A DNA stretch of 64,000 nt from contig CATNEN010000031.1 in assembly GCA_950097015.1 (NCBI GenBank), positions 3,224,001-3,288,000 of the forward strand, in the 5' to 3' direction. Positions 60,901 through 64,000 of this stretch are shown here, in pieces. The position numbers were made by a program, and so were the translations under genes. The stretch comes from Macrostomum hystrix (Eukaryota > Animalia > Platyhelminthes). The notes beneath the pieces were generated by a model. That model searched no databases and was not told where the DNA came from. It saw only the letters and a program-made list of their open reading frames with translations. Each line of letters starts with the position of its first letter. Within the stretch, counting starts at the first letter, position 1.

Positions 60901-61654
60901 CCTTGTTCTCACACTGGACTGGCACTCCATCCCTGGTCCTCACACTGGACTGGCACTCCATCCCTGGTCCTCACACTGGACTGGCACTCCATCCCTGGTC
61001 CTCACACTGGACTGGCACTCCATCCCTGGTACTCACACTGGACTGGCACTCCATCCCTGGTACTCACACTGGACTGGCACTCCATCCCTGGTACTCACAC
61101 TGGACTGGCACTCCATCCCTGGTACTCACACTGGACTGGCACTCCATCCCTGGTACTCACACTGGACTGGCACTCCATCCCTGGTACTCACACTGGACTG
61201 TCACTCCATCCCTGGTACTCACACTGGACTGGCACTCCATCCCTGGTCCTCACACTGGACTGGCACTCCATCCCTGGTCCTCACACTGGACTGGCACTCC
61301 ATCCCTGGTCCTCACACTGGACTGGCACTCCATCCCTGGTACTCACACTGGACTGGCACTCCATCCCTGGTACTCACACTGGACTGGCACTCCATCCCTG
61401 GTCCTCACACTGGACTGGCACTCCATCCCTGGTCCTCACACTGGACTGGCACTCTATCCCTGGTCCTCACACTGGACTGGCACTCTATCCCTGGTCCTCA
61501 CACTCAGTACGCGCACCCCGCAGGTCTGTGCTTATTCAAGATCGGCGTGGACGATGCCAGTCGCCTGAAGCAGCTGGCCGCGGTGGCCTTCTTGACACTG
61601 GGCAGTTTTATCTTCGGCGTGACCGCTACAAAGTCCATTCTGAGCCTTGTGTGA
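27928..61654 (+). CDS. SLC38A7: Sodium-coupled neutral amino-acid transporter SLC38A7/SLC38A8-like, ~436 aa, seven exons over 33.7 kb
   Basis: Exons 27928-28027, 28394-28726, 32050-32185, 34144-34236, 35503-35820, 59988-60187, 61524-61654 (1311 nt, all phases match). NAALGAGLLNFP, FGTCITFIIIIGDQ, PTICFGYQCH, YPILLFCGR|RA.., VFIFIFPGLCL. Intron 5 spans 35821-59987. Confidence 0.92.
28092..28225. repeat. Minisatellite, 15-bp unit, SLC38 intron 1
   Basis: Unit gctaccccttggccc, about 9 copies. Confidence 0.92.
28770..29020. repeat. Degenerate purine-rich repeat, ~15-bp unit, SLC38 intron 2
   Basis: gagatgagacgggga-like units. Confidence 0.8.
29450..31945. repeat. Minisatellite, 59-bp internally palindromic unit, ~42 copies, SLC38 intron 2
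   Basis: Unit cctgaatgatcacacctGTGACCGTCAatgttaccatgcgattgTGACGGTCACcgtgt. Confidence 0.95.
32265..33450. repeat. Minisatellite, 20-bp unit, SLC38 intron 3, interrupted by a MITE
   Basis: Unit ccactgttattactgacacc. Confidence 0.92.
32345..32764. mobile_element. 420-bp non-autonomous DNA transposon (MITE) inserted into a minisatellite
   Basis: Termini CCCGCTAAAAAA...TTTTTTACAGGG (imperfect TIR), flanked by duplicated TA. Removing it and one TA restores the array unit gttattactgac exactly. Confidence 0.75.
34290..35390. repeat. Pyrimidine-rich minisatellite, 16-bp unit, fills SLC38 intron 4
   Basis: Unit tctcccatgcctcatc. Confidence 0.93.
35890..36430. repeat. Minisatellite, 17-bp unit, near the SLC38 intron 5 donor
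   Basis: Unit ggtcttcagggagtcag. Confidence 0.92.
37170..40050. repeat. Composite array: 38-bp minisatellite blocks separated by three copies of a ~190-bp unique segment
   Basis: Unit gggttggattagcaatccactctaatcctgttcagata; spacer tattttgggg..gttaaagca starts at 37171, 38489 and 39275. Confidence 0.95.
40730..41715. repeat. Degenerate ~20-bp minisatellite
   Basis: cccactgccatttctgacat / cccattgctatttctgacac units. Confidence 0.88.
42260..43965. repeat. G-rich minisatellite, 23-bp unit, ~74 copies
   Basis: Unit ggtaat(g/a)ttaggtgtgggtggat. Confidence 0.95.
44326..56119 (-). CDS. DEG/ENaC (amiloride-sensitive sodium channel) family subunit, ~703 aa, nested in SLC38A7 intron 5
   Basis: Exons 56119-55427, 54369-53280, 44654-44326 (2112 nt, phases match). 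Pre-TM1 STTAHG, TM1 RMLWVGIVL, FPDLTFC, HRLYTNCFTF, Cys-rich thumb, and TM2 SDLGG|VLGLWIGFSIVTLFEF split across the last intron. Confidence 0.92.
44700..45100. repeat. Minisatellite, 14-bp unit, beside the DEG/ENaC last-exon acceptor
   Basis: Unit cccagatccccaat. Confidence 0.9.
45680..47335. repeat. Minisatellite, 49/53-bp unit
   Basis: Unit tctttctagactgtc(tgtc)tagtcatctactctctcaacccagatccccagcc. Confidence 0.95.
47790..47940 (-). mobile_element. tRNA-headed SINE related to family B but lacking the CORE-like segment
   Basis: Minus strand reads gtagcccattgg..gaggtcggtagttcgaatc (A/B box), followed after a short linker by cagtccatggactgaaaagc, shared with family B. Confidence 0.6.
48600..49717. 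repeat. Minisatellite, 37-bp unit, ~30 copies
   Basis: Unit ggattgctagtctagctcattaattaggggatggaat. Confidence 0.95.
51818..52230. repeat. Minisatellite, 37-bp unit, inverted relative of the 48.6-kb array
   Basis: Unit tagactagcaatccatttcaccccatcattgatggga. Confidence 0.92.
54375..54575. repeat. Minisatellite, 12-bp unit, abutting the DEG/ENaC exon 2 acceptor
   Basis: Unit ggattgtcgggt/ggattgtcggat. Confidence 0.9.
55032..55325 (+). mobile_element. SINE family A copy in DEG/ENaC intron 1
   Basis: gtgagtgacagagcggtctaacgag..gctcgattcc head; body collinear with the 12.8 kb copy. Confidence 0.8.
57165..57645. repeat. Minisatellite, 28-bp unit, ~17 copies
   Basis: Unit ccctgacccctgtttccacattccatat. 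Confidence 0.95.
58750..59865. repeat. Minisatellite, 15-bp unit, near the SLC38 intron 5 acceptor
   Basis: Unit actgaatcccacttc. Confidence 0.95.
60555..61505. repeat. Minisatellite, 31-bp unit, ~30 copies, SLC38 intron 6
   Basis: Unit cacactggactggcactccatccctggt(c/a)ct. Confidence 0.95.
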
Positions 61655-62243
61655 CATTTCGTGTCCTTTGCTGGCCTTTTACGGAACTGAAGTTTTTCCA
61701 GATCGACAATCGGTTCTACTTATATCGTTTCTATCGGCTAAAATTGTCACTGTTGTGTTTGATAGCATCTCGGCAGGCGTTGCTTAATGTCAGAATCTAA
61801 ATGCCAAACTTTCCTATGTTTTATTTTATCTGTTATCAAGGGTCATTTAATTCCTTAATTTTTATCGCCTCTGCAGTTCTGTGATTAGATTTTTCTCCGG
61901 CGAATTCGTGTTGACTGACCTTGACATTGACCTTGACCTTGAAATCGCTTATACAATTTTTATCGATCTCGGGTTTTGCAGTCCCGAAGTTTACAGCGCG
62001 ATCACGCGAAGCTTAAAGTGCGGTCTCCAAGAACCGGGGCGCATTTTTAAAAGCGTCAAAGCCAATTTGCCCGAGTAGTCGGCGCGAGTAACTATACCAG
62101 CGTTTCTAAACTTTAACGCCTCGTCATCTAATCACAATTCGCACAGAATCAGGTCGCCTCAGTTTCTAAGAAAGCAGAACCCATTTAAAACGGCTCGCAT
62201 GCTCTCACTGATTGATGAACTGATCGTATTCTGCCTGTTTATA

Positions 62244-62351
62244 CAGCGGCTGATCCGGAAATGTCGTGCTTATAATTTCAGTTCTCATTGTACCTAATTT
62301 TCGGTGTCGAGATTCTTGTTTCCGTTAATAAGCCTTTCCGGATCAGCCGCG
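62244..62351. mobile_element. ~105-bp MITE-like element
   Basis: Perfect 16-bp inverted repeats GCGGCTGATCCGGAAA (62246-62261) and TTTCCGGATCAGCCGC (62335-62350), with TA just outside each end. Confidence 0.6.
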
Positions 62352-63479
62352 TACTGGAGTTGTTGGTTAATTCTCAATAGCAGTATAATCTGTAGGCTTC
62401 AAGTATTCAACAACAGTTCTCGCCATTTGCGTTTTTTAACAAATTTGTATGAATCTTACGATTGGCATTTTTTCCTGTAAATTTTATTGATCAATTTTTC
62501 AGTTTTTTTAAATTCAGTGATGATTGTTTAAATAAATTGTCCTTGTTTATCTGCGATGTGGCTAGCGTGACATAACTGACAGCAGCATCAGACTGTCTCA
62601 TTCTCAGCATGCATGATTGAGAGCAGGTATTAGGTCACTAAGACTTATGATTGATCCCATTCTTTTCTTGCTTAGATATTTTTAGTTATCTATTGACCTT
62701 TAACAGTAGAAAGACGGCGCCATTTAGGTATTTCAAATACCCACTCCCTACTTCACGATAGTTTCTTTGCTTCATTTTAAGGCGTTGAATATCTGGACGA
62801 TGCCGATGTTTTGTGATTCTGGAAGTTGTTTCATCGGATAGAGCGGAAAATTTGAGCCCGTTTTCTGGATTTTCATGGCAGTCGGTTCAATATTTTGGGA
62901 GATACAGAAACGGGAGGAGGCTAGCAGGCTAGCACTAGCTGATCTGGCTGAGTTTGCTCTGCCGCTCCCATTGTTGACGATGGAATTATGGGAATTACAG
63001 TCATCCAGAGTGAGCTCAGGCTACTCAGCCACTCAGAGCGAGAGTTGAAAACACTTTACATGCGCGTGCGAGTCTCACAATGCATTGGCGGCTAGCGGCG
63101 AGAAATTATCCATTTCAGGCTGGTCGAAAATTTGCAACTGAAAATTCCCAATAAAAAGAGATAAAATATTCGGGCTAGGACCCACTCGAATCCCAAGGTG
63201 AGAATTAGAGAGTAGCTGTGCTCGAATCCCATTAAAGTGGAGATTTTAGAGTAAGTGTACTCAAAAATTGTGTACTCACACTCACACACTCAGATGTACT
63301 CACACCTTCTCAAGAGTGGATTCGAGAGAAGGTACAAGGGATTAACTCCCGAAGTGGAGATTGGAAAGGTGAAACTCAAATCCCAAAGTAAGGATTCGAA
63401 AAAGTATATCGGGGATTCACTCAAATCCCAGTGATGATCGGAAAGTACGAGTAGGTGTGGGGAATTCATTGAAATCCCA

Positions 63480-64000
63480 GAGTGGGGATTGGAAAGGTGT
63501 GGGATTAACTCAAATCCGAGTGGGGATCGAAAAGTTGGTTTGGGGGATTAACTCAAATCCGAGTGGGGATCGAAAAGTTGGTTTGGGGGATTAACTCAAA
63601 TCCCAGAGGGGATCGAAAAGTAGGTGTGGGATTAACTCAAATCCCAGTGGGGATTAAAAAGTAGGTGTGGGGGATTAACTCAAATCCCAGTGGGGATCGG
63701 AAAGTAGGTGTGGGGGATTAACTCAAATCCCAGTGGGGATCGAAAAGTAGGTGTGGGGGATTAACTCAAATCCCAGTGGGGATCGGAAAGTAGGTGTGGG
63801 GGATTAACTCAAATCCCAGTGGGGATCGGAAAGTAGGTGTGGGGGATTAACTAAAATCCCAGTGGGGATCGGAAAGTAGGTGTGGGGGATTAACTCAAAT
63901 CCCAGTGGGGATCGGAAAGTAGGTGTGGGGGATTAACTAAAATCCCAGTGGGGATCGGAAAGTAGGTGTGGGGGTTAACTCAAATCCCAGTGGGGATTGG
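63480..64000. repeat. Minisatellite, 43-bp unit, runs off window end
   Basis: Unit ggggattaactcaaatcccagtggggatcggaaagtaggtgtg. Confidence 0.93.

Noticed and set aside
60461-61654. 397-aa ORF running through a repeat into the last SLC38 exon
   Set aside because: Only 61524-61654 is exonic (acceptor ccccgcag). The rest is a stop-free 31-bp array, and exon 6 read-through stops at 60414, so retention would not translate it.

Overview
Eukaryotic, intron-containing animal DNA: GC-rich exons in an AT-rich background, with about 40% of the window (~25 kb by my tally) in 27 distinct minisatellite arrays. The style resembles the flatworm Macrostomum, which is an inference and not shown by the sequence. 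Seven spliced genes were assembled by hand from GT-AG junctions and frame continuity: an uncharacterised membrane-anchored protein with an RDHSxG motif (+), SLC35B4 (-), a RasGEF1-like gene (-, first exon not found), a MOSC/mARC enzyme (+), a ZNRF1/2-like RING ligase (-), an SLC38A7/8-like transporter (+, 34 kb) and a DEG/ENaC channel (-). The channel lies entirely inside the transporter's 24-kb fifth intron. Two tRNA-derived SINE families (one CORE-like) and several MITE-like elements are present. Most long repetitive ORFs in the supplied track are translation artefacts of the arrays. The main unexplained structure is the intron-by-intron filling with private minisatellites that sit close to splice sites and often share an (A)ATCC core. 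No CRISPR, rRNA or bona fide tRNA was found.
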